From: Candidatus Omnitrophota bacterium
GTDB taxonomy: Bacteria > Omnitrophota > Gorgyraeia > Gygaellales > Profunditerraquicolaceae
Reading direction: 5' to 3'
Assembly (NCBI GenBank): GCA_028712375.1
Contig: JAQTQG010000005.1
Location: 7,393 to 71,392, forward strand
Length of the DNA: 64,000 bases
Numbering within the stretch: position 1 is the first letter of the stretch; each line of letters opens with the position of its first letter. Positions 40,949 to 52,014 of this stretch are shown here, one piece after another. The notes beneath the pieces were generated by a model that ran no database searches, was not told the origin of the DNA, and saw only the letters and a program-made list of their open reading frames with translations. The position numbers were made by a program, and so were the translations under genes.

Positions 40949-41218
40949 ATGCCAATATTCAGTCTTAAAATCGCACCCGAAGAGCCGGTTTATGTGATCA
41001 GTGTAGTTTGTAAACTGGTGAACATCCCGGTTTGGACATTGCGGCAATTAGATAAAGCCGGAGTAGTCCGCCCCAAACGCGTAGGCAAGAAGAACCGGCT
41101 TTATTCGCTGAAAGATTTAAAAAGGCTGGAGTATGTGCATTACCTGATGGTGCAGAAGAGGGTGAATATTCACGGGTTAAAAGTAATACTTGCGCAATCC
41201 AGAGCCGGGGATGATTAG
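40949..41218 (+). CDS. MerR family transcriptional regulator (HspR-like heat-shock regulator)
   Basis: 89 aa; HTH VYVISVVCKLVNIPVWTLRQLDKAGVVRP followed by a short coiled region; lies upstream of the dnaK operon. Confidence 0.5.
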   Translation: MPIFSLKIAPEEPVYVISVVCKLVNIPVWTLRQLDKAGVVRPKRVGKKNRLYSLKDLKRLEYVHYLMVQKRVNIHGLKVILAQSRAGDD

Positions 41219-41297
41219 CTGTAGTGTAAATATGCCGGTTCGGATTTAGTTTTTAAAGATACATTCTGGGAAGGGGGGAATTTTTTTTGGAAATTAG

Positions 41298-41324
41298 TTA
41301 GCACTCTAGTGATTTAAGTGCTAA
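41298..41324 (+). promoter_or_regulatory. CIRCE operator (HrcA binding site) TTAGCACTC-N9-AAGTGCTAA
   Basis: Matches the consensus TTAGCACTC-N9-GAGTGCTAA with one mismatch; immediately upstream of the -35. Confidence 0.85.
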
Positions 41325-41329
41325 TTTTA

Positions 41330-41357
41330 TTGACAAAATAATAGAATGTGTTAAAAT
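41330..41357 (+). promoter_or_regulatory. sigma70-like promoter TTGACA-16-TAAAAT for hrcA-grpE-dnaK-dnaJ
   Basis: TTGACA 41330-41335, TAAAAT 41352-41357, abutting CIRCE. Confidence 0.6.
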
Positions 41358-41428
41358 CTCCACTTAGCCTTAAATTATGGTAGGTTTGAAATCAACCGGC
41401 TAAAAGATGTTATTTTGGAGATAATTTG

Positions 41429-42163
41429 ATGCGTACCGTGGATTATAATACTCGTAGAAAACAGGTTCTGAATGCGGCAATTAACCGCTATATTAAGAAT
41501 GCGCTTCCGGTGGCTTCTGATGATATAGCCGAAGAATTTGAGTTAAGTTCGGCAACCATAAGAAATATCTTTTCCGAATTGGATGATTCCGGATACCTGA
41601 AACATCCTTATACTTCAGGCGGGAGAGTGCCCACGGATAAAGGATACCGTTATTATGTGGATTTTCTTATTCAGCAGATGGAACTCCTGGAGGAAGAAAA
41701 GCAGCGTATTCTTAAGGATTGTAAAAGAAAAATCCGGCGGCTTGATGATGCTTTAGAGAATACTTCTGAGGTTATTTCCGAGATTACGCATTATGCCGGT
41801 ATCGCTTCTTTTTTGCAGTGGCAGGATAAGATGTTTTATAAAGGTATCAGCCGGATACTTGATCAGCCGGAGTTTAAAGATGCTGACAAAATACGTTTAT
41901 TGATCAGGTTGATGGAGGATAAGGAAAAACTCCTGGATATAATTAACCGGGATTTTTCCGGAAAAGTGAAGGTTTATATTGGAAGCGAGATGGGATTTCC
42001 GGGAATGGAAAATTGTGCTTTAGTGGTCTCTGGATTTAAGTTGAAAAATCAGCCTTCCGGCCGGCTGGCGGTATTAGGCCCCATGCGCATGGAGTATAAC
42101 CATATTATTCCGACTATGGAATATATCTCTGAAGTTTTAAATGAGATTTTGGAGGATTTTTAA
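41429..42163 (+). CDS. hrcA: heat-inducible transcription repressor HrcA (short form)
   Basis: N-terminal wHTH, TSGGRVPTDKGYRYYV, C-terminal LAVLGPMRMEYNHIIP; 245 aa versus about 340 typical. Confidence 0.8.
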   Translation: MRTVDYNTRRKQVLNAAINRYIKNALPVASDDIAEEFELSSATIRNIFSELDDSGYLKHPYTSGGRVPTDKGYRYYVDFLIQQMELLEEEKQRILKDCKRKIRRLDDALENTSEVISEITHYAGIASFLQWQDKMFYKGISRILDQPEFKDADKIRLLIRLMEDKEKLLDIINRDFSGKVKVYIGSEMGFPGMENCALVVSGFKLKNQPSGRLAVLGPMRMEYNHIIPTMEYISEVLNEILEDF

Positions 42164-42169
42164 AAGAAT

Positions 42170-42727
42170 ATGGAAGAAAATAAAAGCAATCAAAAAAATC
42201 ACGAAGAAGGCAAAAATAGCCAGAAAAAAGAAGAGCAGGTTGTGACATTAAAGCAGGACGAATACCTGGGGCTCCTGGAGGAAGTTAAAAAAGGCAAAGA
42301 GGCTCAGGATAAGATGCTGCGGAATCAAGCTGACCTGGAAAATACCCGCAAACGCCTGGATCGGGAAAAGCAGGAGTTTGTGAAATTCGCTAATGAGGGC
42401 CTCATTTTAGATCTGCTGAATGTCCTGGATGATTTAGAGCGCACGGTAGATTTGGCAGAGACCAGCAAAAAAGAAGATTTATCCGCATTTTTAAAAGGAA
42501 TAGAGATGATCCTGGCGCATTTATATGAGATGCTAAAGAATCATGGGGTAAAGCCGGTTGATGCGGAGGGAAAGATATTTGACCCGAATTTTCATGAGGC
42601 TCTAATGCAGGTGGAAAATAAAGATTTGCCGGAACATACGATTATTGAAGTGTTGCAAAAAGGATATTTGATTCACGGGCGGATATTAAGGACCGCGAAA
42701 GTTAAAGTATCAAAAAAGAATCCATAG
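42170..42727 (+). CDS. grpE: nucleotide exchange factor GrpE
   Basis: Coiled-coil N-terminus, conserved C-terminal beta-domain; position between hrcA and dnaK. Confidence 0.85.
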   Translation: MEENKSNQKNHEEGKNSQKKEEQVVTLKQDEYLGLLEEVKKGKEAQDKMLRNQADLENTRKRLDREKQEFVKFANEGLILDLLNVLDDLERTVDLAETSKKEDLSAFLKGIEMILAHLYEMLKNHGVKPVDAEGKIFDPNFHEALMQVENKDLPEHTIIEVLQKGYLIHGRILRTAKVKVSKKNP

Positions 42728-42781
42728 TTTTACTGCTAACCGTTAACAGTAAACTGTAAACTTTTTAGACAGGAGGAAAAA

Positions 42782-44683
42782 ATGGCAAAAGTAATTGGAA
42801 TCGATTTAGGGACATCTAACTCAGCAGCTGCGGTTATGGAAGGCGGCAGGCCGGTAATCATTCCTTCGGCGGAAGGAGCGGGGGTTGCTTCAGGGAAAGC
42901 ATTTCCATCTTATGTGGCTTTTACTAAAGATGGACAACGTTTGGTAGGAGAACCGGCAAGGCGCCAGGCGGCGATTAATGCCGAAGGTACGATTCAAGCC
43001 GCTAAGCGTAAGATGGGTACGGATTTTAAATTTAAAGCTTATGGTAAAGACTATACTCCTCAGCAGATTTCCGCGTTTATTTTACAGAAGATAAAACAGG
43101 ATGCGGAAGCTTATTTGGGTGATAAAGTTGAGGAGGTGGTGATTACCTGCCCTGCTTATTTTAATGATAACCAACGCCAGGCAACTAAGGATGCCGGTGA
43201 AATCGCGGGTTTAAAAGTTTTACGTATTATCAATGAACCTACAGCTGCCTGCCTGGCTTATGGTTTGGAGAAGGCAGATAAGGAACAAAGAATTATGGTT
43301 TTTGATTTAGGCGGCGGTACTTTGGATGTTACGATTATGGAGATGTCCCAAGGGGTTTTTCATGTTCAGGCAACCAGCGGCGATACTCAGCTGGGTGGTA
43401 CAGATATGGATAGGGTATTGCTTGAATATATCGTCGGCCAGTTTAAACGTGAAACCGGTATCGATTTGATGAATGATAAAATGGCGGTGCAAAGGGTGCG
43501 TGAAGGAGCGGAAAAAGCCAAGATTGAACTATCCTCTACCGTGAGCACGGATATCAACCTTCCTTTTATTACCGCTGACGCCACCGGCCCTAAACATTTA
43601 ACGATGACTATTACCCGGGCGAAACTGGAGGATTTGGTTAGTCCGATCATTGAACGGTGTAAGCATCCGATTGAACAGGCGTTAAATGATGCTAAGCTGG
43701 CGGTTAAAGAGGTCGATCGTATTATCATGGTCGGCGGGCCTACCCGGATGCCGATTGTGCAAAAATTTGTCGAAGATTATGTCGGTAAAAAAATCGAGCG
43801 CGGAGTTGATCCGATGGAGTGTGTGGCTTTAGGGGCGGCAGTCCAGGCAGCGATAATTACCGGAGAAGTTAAGGATGTATTGCTTTTAGATGTTACCCCG
43901 CTTTCTTTGGGTATCGAAACTTTAGGCGGCGTGAATACTAAGTTAATTGAGAGAAATGCCTCTATCCCTACCCAAAAAAGCCAGATATTTTCAACTGCAG
44001 CCGATAATCAGACCGCGGTAACTATCCGGGTTTTACAAGGTGAGCGTCCGCTAGCTGATGATAACGTGGAATTGGGGAGATTTGACCTGGTCGGAATCCC
44101 TGCTGCAACGCGCGGCGTACCGCAAATCGAAGTCAAGTTCGATATTGACCGGGATGGGATAGTGCATGTTTCCGCTAAGGATCTGGGAACCGGAAAAGAA
44201 CAGTCTATCCGCATCAGTGCTCCGAAAAAACTTTCTAAAGAAGAGATTGATAAAATGGTTAAGGATGCGGAAAAGTTTGCCGCAGATGATGCTAAAAAGA
44301 AAGAAGAAATCGAGACGATTAACCAGGCGGATAATTTGATCTATGCCACTGAAAAATCACTAAAAGATTACGGCGATAAGGTTAATCAGACTGAACGCGC
44401 GGATATTGAAGCAAAAGCTAATGATTTAAAGAGCGCGGTTAAGGATAAAAATATTGATAGAATAAAAAAGGGCATGGAAGAATTGACCAAGGTGTCGCAC
44501 AAGCTTGCCGAAGAGATTTATAAGCAAGCAGCCGCTAAGCAGCAAAAATCTCAAAATGCTGCCGGGCAAGCTGCTGATGGCGGCCAGCAGGATTCCGCGC
44601 AAGAACCTGGCCAGGGCGGTAAAAAAGATGAAGATATTATTGACGCTGAGTATAAGGAAGAAGATCAGAACGGTAAGAAATAA
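42782..44683 (+). CDS. dnaK: molecular chaperone DnaK (Hsp70)
   Basis: [28 protein letters not shown] Hsp70 signatures. Confidence 0.95.
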   Translation: MAKVIGIDLGTSNSAAAVMEGGRPVIIPSAEGAGVASGKAFPSYVAFTKDGQRLVGEPARRQAAINAEGTIQAAKRKMGTDFKFKAYGKDYTPQQISAFILQKIKQDAEAYLGDKVEEVVITCPAYFNDNQRQATKDAGEIAGLKVLRIINEPTAACLAYGLEKADKEQRIMVFDLGGGTLDVTIMEMSQGVFHVQATSGDTQLGGTDMDRVLLEYIVGQFKRETGIDLMNDKMAVQRVREGAEKAKIELSSTVSTDINLPFITADATGPKHLTMTITRAKLEDLVSPIIERCKHPIEQALNDAKLAVKEVDRIIMVGGPTRMPIVQKFVEDYVGKKIERGVDPMECVALGAAVQAAIITGEVKDVLLLDVTPLSLGIETLGGVNTKLIERNASIPTQKSQIFSTAADNQTAVTIRVLQGERPLADDNVELGRFDLVGIPAATRGVPQIEVKFDIDRDGIVHVSAKDLGTGKEQSIRISAPKKLSKEEIDKMVKDAEKFAADDAKKKEEIETINQADNLIYATEKSLKDYGDKVNQTERADIEAKANDLKSAVKDKNIDRIKKGMEELTKVSHKLAEEIYKQAAAKQQKSQNAAGQAADGGQQDSAQEPGQGGKKDEDIIDAEYKEEDQNGKK

Positions 44684-44685
44684 AA

Positions 44686-45852
44686 ATGTCTGTTAAGGGT
44701 GATTATTACGAAATACTTGGAGTTCCCAGGACTGCGAGTCTGGATGAAATAAAGAAAGCTTATCGTGAGATGGCGCTTAAATTTCATCCAGATCGCGTAC
44801 CTGAGGGGGAGAAAAAAGCCGCTGAAGAGAAATTTAAGGGTATTTCTGAAGCGTACGCCGTCCTTTCAGATTCTTCTAAGCGTGAGCTCTATAATCAATA
44901 TGGGCATTCGGGTATTGACCAGAAGTATGCTCAGGAAGATATCTTCAAGGGCGCTGATTTTAGCAGTATTTTTAGAGAAATGGGCGGGGGATTTGGCGGT
45001 GGCGGTGGAAGTATTTTTGAGGAGTTGTTTGGTGACCTGGGGTTTGATATTTCTGGTTCCAGGCAATCCAGATCCGGAGCGGGCAGGCGCCGCGGCAGAG
45101 ATTTGCAAATCGCGATTGAAATTTCACTAGAGGAAGTAGCCGCAGGAGTAGAAAGAATTATTACTGTTCCCCGCTATGAAACCTGCGCGGTTTGTTCCGG
45201 CAGCGGGGCTAAACCCGGAACTAAGAGGATGGTCTGTCCCCAATGTAAAGGCGCGGGTAAAACCGTAGTTTCTAACGGTTTTTTTCAATTAGCTCAAACC
45301 TGTTCCCGCTGCGGCGGGGAAGGCTCAACTATTGCTGCCGCTTGTCCGGAATGCCGGGGAGAAGGCAGAGTAAAAGTTACCAAAAAGATTAAAGTTAAAA
45401 TACCTGCGGGAGTGGATAATGGTTCTCAGTTACGTGTGCGGGGAGAAGGGGAAGCGGGTGTTAATAGCCGGGGAGATTTGTATGTAGTAATAGAAGTAAA
45501 GGAACACGCAGTATTTCAAAGGCATAATAGCGATATCGCTACTTCCGTGAGTATTAGTATGCCTAAGGCTGTTTTAGGCGGTGAAGTAGAAGTCCCGGCT
45601 TTAGAGGGTAAATTGACGATGAAAATACCTGCAGGTACTCAATGCGGTAAAACCTTTCGCCTTAAAGGCAAAGGTTTGCCGGACCTGCATTCCCGTGACC
45701 TTGGGGATGAATTAGTAAGGGTTGATATTGAAATTCCTGCCCGCTTGACTACGCAGCAAAGGCAATTAATGGAGGATTTTGCGCGTTTAAGCGGTGAAAA
45801 TTTGGGAGCCAAAGAAAGTTTTACTGATAAGATTAGAAAACCATTTCGTTAA
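44686..45852 (+). CDS. dnaJ: molecular chaperone DnaJ
   Basis: J-domain with HPD, Gly-rich linker, four CxxCxGxG zinc-finger repeats. Confidence 0.95.
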   Translation: MSVKGDYYEILGVPRTASLDEIKKAYREMALKFHPDRVPEGEKKAAEEKFKGISEAYAVLSDSSKRELYNQYGHSGIDQKYAQEDIFKGADFSSIFREMGGGFGGGGGSIFEELFGDLGFDISGSRQSRSGAGRRRGRDLQIAIEISLEEVAAGVERIITVPRYETCAVCSGSGAKPGTKRMVCPQCKGAGKTVVSNGFFQLAQTCSRCGGEGSTIAAACPECRGEGRVKVTKKIKVKIPAGVDNGSQLRVRGEGEAGVNSRGDLYVVIEVKEHAVFQRHNSDIATSVSISMPKAVLGGEVEVPALEGKLTMKIPAGTQCGKTFRLKGKGLPDLHSRDLGDELVRVDIEIPARLTTQQRQLMEDFARLSGENLGAKESFTDKIRKPFR

Positions 45853-45901
45853 AGAGAGACTTTGCGTTAATCTAGTGTAATGTTCTCTCGTGGAGAAAAA
45901 A

Positions 45902-46150
45902 ATGCCAACTTATGAATATGAGTGCCTATCTTGTAAACACAGGTTTGAGGTTTTGCAAAGTATTACTGCCAAACCTAAAACTAAATGCCCTAAATGCGGC
46001 AAAAAGTTAAAAAAGCTAATCAGTAGTGCTGGAGGGTTCATTTTTAAGGGTACAGGATTCTACGCTACGGATTACAAGAAATCTGCTAAACCTGTAGATG
46101 GCGCCTGTCCTAAAGCTCATGGCGGTTGTTCCGGCTGTCCCGGCCATTAA
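45902..46150 (+). CDS. FmdB-family zinc-ribbon protein
   Basis: MPTYEYECLSCKHRFE ... CPKCG two CxxC pairs; the start is likely ATG 45902. Confidence 0.6.
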   Translation: MPTYEYECLSCKHRFEVLQSITAKPKTKCPKCGKKLKKLISSAGGFIFKGTGFYATDYKKSAKPVDGACPKAHGGCSGCPGH

Positions 46151-46307
46151 GTTTGAGCCAATCTCTATTATTTCGGCCCAAAAAGAATCAGGGAAAACAG
46201 AAAAATATCCCGGTAAATATATTTTAATTTATTGTTTTTAGAACAATTTATGATAAAATTAAGCCTTAAGTCCCGGGCCGTAATTCTACAAACAAAATTT
46301 AACTTTT

Positions 46308-47597
46308 ATGAGCAAAACCAGAGCCTTTAGAGCAGTAGTTTATAACCCAGAAATAGTCACTGATTTTAAGCAGGTGGTTTGTCCGCCATACGATGTAATT
46401 TCCCCCCAGGCTCAGGATATGTTTGCCGAGCGTTCATTAAATAATTTTATTCATATACTTTTAGCTAAAGATTCCGCCGCGGATGATAAATACCGCCGGG
46501 CAGCTGCGATATTCCGCACCTGGCTTAAGGACAAGGTTCTTATTCAGGATGAACAGCCGGCAGTATATTTTTATAGCCAACAATACGTGATCCGGGGTGA
46601 GAAAAAAACCCGTTTAGGCTTTATATCTTTGCTCAGGTTAGGCGATGAGAAAGGTTCTGCTGTTTTTGGCCATGAAAATACGCATAACGCTGCCAAGCAG
46701 GACAGGTTTAAATTAATGAAACAGGTAAAAGCCAATCTTAGCCCGATATTTATAATCTTTTTGGATAAAAAACGTATTATTCAGCGTATTTTTGATAAGC
46801 AAATCCCTGTTGCCGGGCCTTTTATTGAAGTTACGGATGACGAGAAAACAGTGCATAAGTTATGGCGTATAAACGATCCGGATGTGCTCAAGATGGTGGA
46901 ATCAAGCATGAACGGTGAAAATATGTTTATTGCGGATGGGCATCATCGCTATGAGGTTGCCTGCGCTTATCGTGACCTTATGCGGGAGAAGCTGGGTAAA
47001 GAATTTACCGGGGAAGAGGATTTTAATTTTTGCTTGGCATATTTTACTAATACTGATTATCGTGGATTATCAATCCTGCCTATCCACCGGTTGCTTAAAT
47101 TAGATGTGCGCCTGGATTTGAATGATTTTATGGATAAAGCTAAAGAATATTTCGATATTGACCAGCTTAAAGACCGGGGGCGTTTTTTCTTTTTAATGGA
47201 GAAAGCCGGATGCACAGAACATATGCTGGGCATGTATAAAGATAAGAAGTATTTCCTTTTACGCCTGAAGAATGTAAAGATGCTGGATAAATTAATCTCC
47301 GATAAGCCTAAGGAATACCGTTCGCTGGATGTGGCGATCCTTAATTATCTGGTATTAAGAAATATTCTCAAGCTGGATTTAGATAATTTGACAGGTATAA
47401 AATATAGCCCGGATCCTGTGGAGTTAATGAAAGAAGTTGATGATGACCATTTAAGTATCGCATTCTTTCTAAACCCGGTTAAAATCCAGCAGATTATTAA
47501 TATCGCGATGAGCGGCAATAAAATGCCTCCTAAATCCACTTATTTTTATCCTAAGGTGCTTTCGGGTTTAGTAGTTAACAAGCTTGAGAAGGAATAA
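46308..47597 (+). CDS. DUF1015 family protein (conserved, function unknown)
   Basis: N-terminal VVCPPYDVIS motif and the ~420-aa length are characteristic of DUF1015. Confidence 0.5.
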   Translation: MSKTRAFRAVVYNPEIVTDFKQVVCPPYDVISPQAQDMFAERSLNNFIHILLAKDSAADDKYRRAAAIFRTWLKDKVLIQDEQPAVYFYSQQYVIRGEKKTRLGFISLLRLGDEKGSAVFGHENTHNAAKQDRFKLMKQVKANLSPIFIIFLDKKRIIQRIFDKQIPVAGPFIEVTDDEKTVHKLWRINDPDVLKMVESSMNGENMFIADGHHRYEVACAYRDLMREKLGKEFTGEEDFNFCLAYFTNTDYRGLSILPIHRLLKLDVRLDLNDFMDKAKEYFDIDQLKDRGRFFFLMEKAGCTEHMLGMYKDKKYFLLRLKNVKMLDKLISDKPKEYRSLDVAILNYLVLRNILKLDLDNLTGIKYSPDPVELMKEVDDDHLSIAFFLNPVKIQQIINIAMSGNKMPPKSTYFYPKVLSGLVVNKLEKE

Positions 47598-47599
47598 AT

Positions 47600-48439
47600 A
47601 TGGCTTTGTTCGGTAAACCAAAATATACCATTGTACGGTTAAAGAAAAAAGAAATTCCCGAAGGGCTCTGGACAAAATGCGAAGAGTGTTCGCAAGCCCT
47701 TTATAATAAAACTCTGGAAGAAAATTCTAAAGTTTGCCCCAAATGTAATTATCATTTCGGCCTGACCGCTTATGAAAGAATCAATTTAATATTTGACAAA
47801 GATACTTTTAGCGAATTTGATAAAGATATGATCGCCGCCGATCCGCTGGATTTTAAGGGGCCGAAAACCTATAAAGATAAATTAAAGCAGGATCAGGATG
47901 CCACCGGATTAAAAGATGCGGTCATATCCGGAGAAGGCAAGATTAATAACCGGCAAGCCGTGGTTGCGGTTACGGATTCGCGTTTTATTATGGGCTCAAT
48001 GGGTTCGGTGGTTGGTGAAAAAATTACCCGGGCGATCGAATTTGCTACTAAGAATGAGCTTCCGATGATTATTGTTTCCGGGTCAGGCGGTGGAGCGCGT
48101 ATGTATGAAGGCTTGTTCAGTTTGATGCAAATGGCTAAGACTTGCGCCGCTTTGTCTTATCACCGCAAAGCCAGGCTGCCCTATATTTCTATTTTAACAA
48201 ATCCTACTATGGCCGGAATTATGGCTTCTTTTGCCGGAGTGGGGGATATTATTATGGCTGAGCCTAATGCTTTAATAGGTTTTACCGGCCCCCGGGTGAT
48301 CGAACAGACGATCCGGCAGAAATTACCTGTGGGTTTTCAGCGCTCAGAGTTTTTATTGGATCACGGGCTTATTGACATGATTGTGCATCGTAAAGATATG
48401 AAATCTACTTTAAGTCAATTGCTTGACTATTTTGCTTAA
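47600..48439 (+). CDS. accD: acetyl-CoA carboxylase carboxyltransferase beta subunit
   Basis: N-terminal C4 zinc finger CEEC...CPKC, crotonase-fold carboxyltransferase motifs (SGGARM). Confidence 0.9.
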   Translation: MALFGKPKYTIVRLKKKEIPEGLWTKCEECSQALYNKTLEENSKVCPKCNYHFGLTAYERINLIFDKDTFSEFDKDMIAADPLDFKGPKTYKDKLKQDQDATGLKDAVISGEGKINNRQAVVAVTDSRFIMGSMGSVVGEKITRAIEFATKNELPMIIVSGSGGGARMYEGLFSLMQMAKTCAALSYHRKARLPYISILTNPTMAGIMASFAGVGDIIMAEPNALIGFTGPRVIEQTIRQKLPVGFQRSEFLLDHGLIDMIVHRKDMKSTLSQLLDYFA

Positions 48440-48560
48440 TTTTGTATAATAGTAAAAGTTTCTGTTGCAAGGTTGTTCCGGTTTTTTAATAGTTAATCCA
48501 GTTATAATAGAGATTCTGCCTTTATTAATCTTAAGCAGATAGCCTACAGGGAGTAATTAA

Positions 48561-49664
48561 ATGGCTCAAGTGAGTTTGAGGGATGTGTGTAAAGTTTTTC
48601 CGGGGAATGTTAATGCCGTAAATAAAGTAAATTTAGGTATTGAGAATAAGGAATTTATGGTTTTAGTCGGGCCTTCAGGGTGCGGTAAGTCTACGACTTT
48701 AAGAATGATCGCCGGCCTTGAAGAAATAAGCTCCGGTGATGTTTATATCGGAGACAAGCGGGTTAATGATGTGCCGGCTAAAGACCGGGATATTGCGATG
48801 GTTTTTCAGAATTACGCCCTTTATCCGCATATGACGGTTGAGGAGAACATGTCTTTTGGGCTTAGGCTCAGGCATATTTCTAAACAAGAGATCAGCCAGC
48901 GGGTTAATGAAGCAGCTGAGATTCTGGGAATTAAAAGATTATTGAACCGTAAGCCGCGTGAGCTTTCCGGAGGAGAGCGCCAGCGGGTGGCGGTGGGAAG
49001 GGCAATCGTCAGAAAACCGATGGTTTTCTTGTTTGATGAGCCTTTAAGTAACCTGGATGCCAAAATGCGCGTGCAGATGCGCACAGAGATTCATAAGCTG
49101 CATATCAGATTGCAAACCACGATAATTTACGTAACCCATGACCAGGTGGAAGCGATGACTATGGGTGACCGGATTGCGGTAATGAAGGACGGGGTTATTG
49201 CCCAGCTAGGGGACCCGATTGATGTTTATGACCATCCTAAAAGCAAGTTTGTGGCCAGTTTTATCGGTTCGCCGCCGATGAATTTTATGCACGGTAAAAT
49301 TATAAAAAAAGAAGGCAAGCTCTATTTTGATGAAGGTAAAATTCAGGTTAAGCTGGTTGAGGATATGCATAAGAAAATGCTTAACTATGTTGACCATGAA
49401 GTAATTTTCGGTATCCGTTCCGAGGATATTTACGATAAATTATTTGTTTCGCAAGCCCCGCCGGAGAATATCGTCCGGGTAAACTGCGAGGTATTTGAAC
49501 CGATGGGTTCAGAAGTATACCTTTATCTCAACACCGGAAAGCACACCTTTATTGCCCGGGTTAGCGCGCATGACCGTCCCAAGGTTAACCAGGAGATGGA
49601 CGTAGTTTTTGATATGAGCAAAATACATTTCTTCGATAAAAATACCGAAGAAACTATTTGTTAA
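48561..49664 (+). CDS. ABC transporter ATP-binding protein, MalK/UgpC-type with C-terminal TOBE regulatory domain
   Basis: Walker [10 protein letters not shown], signature LSGGERQR, Walker [12 protein letters not shown], 367 aa with a C-terminal extension. Confidence 0.85.
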   Translation: MAQVSLRDVCKVFPGNVNAVNKVNLGIENKEFMVLVGPSGCGKSTTLRMIAGLEEISSGDVYIGDKRVNDVPAKDRDIAMVFQNYALYPHMTVEENMSFGLRLRHISKQEISQRVNEAAEILGIKRLLNRKPRELSGGERQRVAVGRAIVRKPMVFLFDEPLSNLDAKMRVQMRTEIHKLHIRLQTTIIYVTHDQVEAMTMGDRIAVMKDGVIAQLGDPIDVYDHPKSKFVASFIGSPPMNFMHGKIIKKEGKLYFDEGKIQVKLVEDMHKKMLNYVDHEVIFGIRSEDIYDKLFVSQAPPENIVRVNCEVFEPMGSEVYLYLNTGKHTFIARVSAHDRPKVNQEMDVVFDMSKIHFFDKNTEETIC

Positions 49665-49694
49665 GCTTTAACGCCTCCTTAATTATAAGTTCCT

Positions 49695-50978
49695 ATGCAG
49701 CATAATGCCAATCGGAAAAAGACCTGGTTAACTGTAGCTTTCTGTGCGGCCGCCCTGTTAGCAATAAATCTTATTTTTTTCCACCAAAAAATCCCTTTAA
49801 TTGTTTTAATCGCCTTTATTTTAAGCAATATTCTTATCTTTTTCTTTTTGTTAAAGTTTTATTCTGACAAAATCCTGCTTGTTCGTTCTGCCCTTGAGCA
49901 TCAGCAAGAAGCAATCAATATTATTGATGCGGAAAATAAAAGAAGCCAGGAATATAATTTGGCCCTCAAATTAAAAATTACTCGGTACGATAATTTAAAA
50001 AAACTGATTGAAGACCTTAATAGTAGTTTGAAGCTGGATGTAGTGATCCGCGCTTTGAGTTCAACTGTTTATACATTAATTTCTAACAGTACGGGAATAG
50101 CGCTTTTTTATCTGGTCGATAATCAATATCAGAAACTGAACTTGGTTTATTCCATTAAGGATGACGGGGATTTAGTCGTTCTCTCTAAAGAAGGTGATAT
50201 TTTTGACCAGTGGGTTTTAAGGCATTCCAGCCAGCTGATCATTGAGAACCTCAAAAAAGATTTTCGTTTTGACTCCGATGGGATCAGCGGTCAAAATATG
50301 CGTTCGGTTTTGTCCCTGATTAGTTCGCCTTTAATCAGCAATAATTCTTTATTAGGGCTGCTGCGCCTGGAAAGCAGGAAAGACCATTTCTTTAATCAGG
50401 ATGATTTAAGGTTTCTTTCTTTGGTTGCGGATTTAGGGGCGGTCGCTCTGGAAAATAGCTTACTTTTTCAGAAAACGCAGGATCTGGCAATCCATGATGG
50501 TTTAACTGCTTTGTATACCCGTAGTTATTTTATTGACCGGTTGAGGGATGAAACACGGCGTTGTCAGCGCCTGGATCAGCATTTGTCATTAATGATGATC
50601 GACATTGATTTCTTCAAACAATATAATGATAAGTTTGGGCATATTGTCGGTGATTTGGTTTTAAAGAAGATGGGCATATTGTTAAAGGAAGCGTTGGGGG
50701 AATTTAATCCTTTATTATGCCGTTTTGGCGGTGAAGAGTTTTTGGTTATGCTCTCGGGTATAGATAAGAAAAAGTCGTTAATTATTGCCGAGGGGCTCCG
50801 CCAAAGGATTCAGGATGAAAGGATAGTGCTGCGGCGGCAGGATACGCATATTACTGTTTCTATCGGGGTAGCTAGTTTGCCTTTGGATACAAAAGATGAG
50901 GATGAATTGGTGCAGAAGGCGGATAAAGCGATGTATGTGGCTAAAGGGAAAGGCAGAAACCAGGTATGTTCAGCATAG
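49695..50978 (+). CDS. membrane-anchored GAF-GGDEF diguanylate cyclase
   Basis: Two N-terminal TM helices; GAF-like middle region; RFGGEEF active-site motif. Confidence 0.75.
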   Translation: MQHNANRKKTWLTVAFCAAALLAINLIFFHQKIPLIVLIAFILSNILIFFFLLKFYSDKILLVRSALEHQQEAINIIDAENKRSQEYNLALKLKITRYDNLKKLIEDLNSSLKLDVVIRALSSTVYTLISNSTGIALFYLVDNQYQKLNLVYSIKDDGDLVVLSKEGDIFDQWVLRHSSQLIIENLKKDFRFDSDGISGQNMRSVLSLISSPLISNNSLLGLLRLESRKDHFFNQDDLRFLSLVADLGAVALENSLLFQKTQDLAIHDGLTALYTRSYFIDRLRDETRRCQRLDQHLSLMMIDIDFFKQYNDKFGHIVGDLVLKKMGILLKEALGEFNPLLCRFGGEEFLVMLSGIDKKKSLIIAEGLRQRIQDERIVLRRQDTHITVSIGVASLPLDTKDEDELVQKADKAMYVAKGKGRNQVCSA

Positions 50979-51958
50979 CGCTGCTTTTAATTATAACACT
51001 TGCTTTGGGGTTATTTTGGCGGGCAATTTTTTCCGCCCGCCTTAAGCGCCAAAAAGATGACCGTACGTGTTTGCTAAAAGAACTTAGCCGCCTGGGTCAG
51101 CTTAAGGAAGAATTAAATTCAGAGAACAGCCTGCTTAATAATAAGTTTGATGATACTTTAACACTTTATGAAATGACCAAAGACGTTTGCAAAAGCCTAG
51201 ATGAGGGCAAAGTGTTTTCAATTTTTAGTAAAAACTTGAAGAAGCATATAGGAGTAGGCGATTGCCGCTATATTAAAGACAGCGCGGATTTAATTAAATA
51301 TGAAAATTATACAATTTTTCCTTTAAATCTGGAGGAAAACCAGGTTGCTGGTTATTTGGCCGTAGATAGAATATTGGACGCAGATAAAGAAAAGTTCGGA
51401 ATTCTTGCCCAGCAATTTTTAATCGGCTTAAGAAGGGCATTGTTTTATCAGAAGGTTCAGGGCTTAACGATTACCGATATGCTTACTAATGTTTATTGCC
51501 GCCGGTACTTTTTAGAACGTTTTAATGAAGAGCTCAGGCGGTCTAAGAAGAATAAGCTAAGCCTATCTTTTTTAATGATCGATATCGATAATTTTAAACA
51601 ATTTAATGACCGTTACGGGCATTTAGTCGGGGATGCTATATTACGCCAGGTTTCTAAAACTATCCGGGAGGCGGTTAGGCAGATTGATTTTATCGGACGT
51701 TATGGGGGGGAGGAAATTTCTGTTGTTTTGGCAGAGACCGGCAGAGAGCAGGCTAATTTTGCGGCTGAACGTATCCGTCAGGCAATTGCGCTGGGAGTGA
51801 TTAAAGTATATGATGAAGAATTAAAGGTTACTGTAAGCATAGGTGTCTCTACTTTTCCTGATAATACTACAAATATGCAAAATTTGATTGAAATGGCGGA
51901 TCAAGCTTTGTATCTAGCTAAAGAAACCGGAAAGAATAAAGTATGTTTTTCCCCTTAA
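50966..51958 (+). CDS. GGDEF-domain protein (variant GGEEI motif), tandem paralog
   Basis: One N-terminal TM helix; RYGGEEI in place of GGEEF; overlaps the upstream GGDEF gene by 13 nt. Confidence 0.7.
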   Translation: MFSIALLLIITLALGLFWRAIFSARLKRQKDDRTCLLKELSRLGQLKEELNSENSLLNNKFDDTLTLYEMTKDVCKSLDEGKVFSIFSKNLKKHIGVGDCRYIKDSADLIKYENYTIFPLNLEENQVAGYLAVDRILDADKEKFGILAQQFLIGLRRALFYQKVQGLTITDMLTNVYCRRYFLERFNEELRRSKKNKLSLSFLMIDIDNFKQFNDRYGHLVGDAILRQVSKTIREAVRQIDFIGRYGGEEISVVLAETGREQANFAAERIRQAIALGVIKVYDEELKVTVSIGVSTFPDNTTNMQNLIEMADQALYLAKETGKNKVCFSP

Positions 51959-52014
51959 TTTAATCCTCTGATTTATCTCTTGAAAACCGGAGTGTTTTAA
52001 TATAAAATACCACA

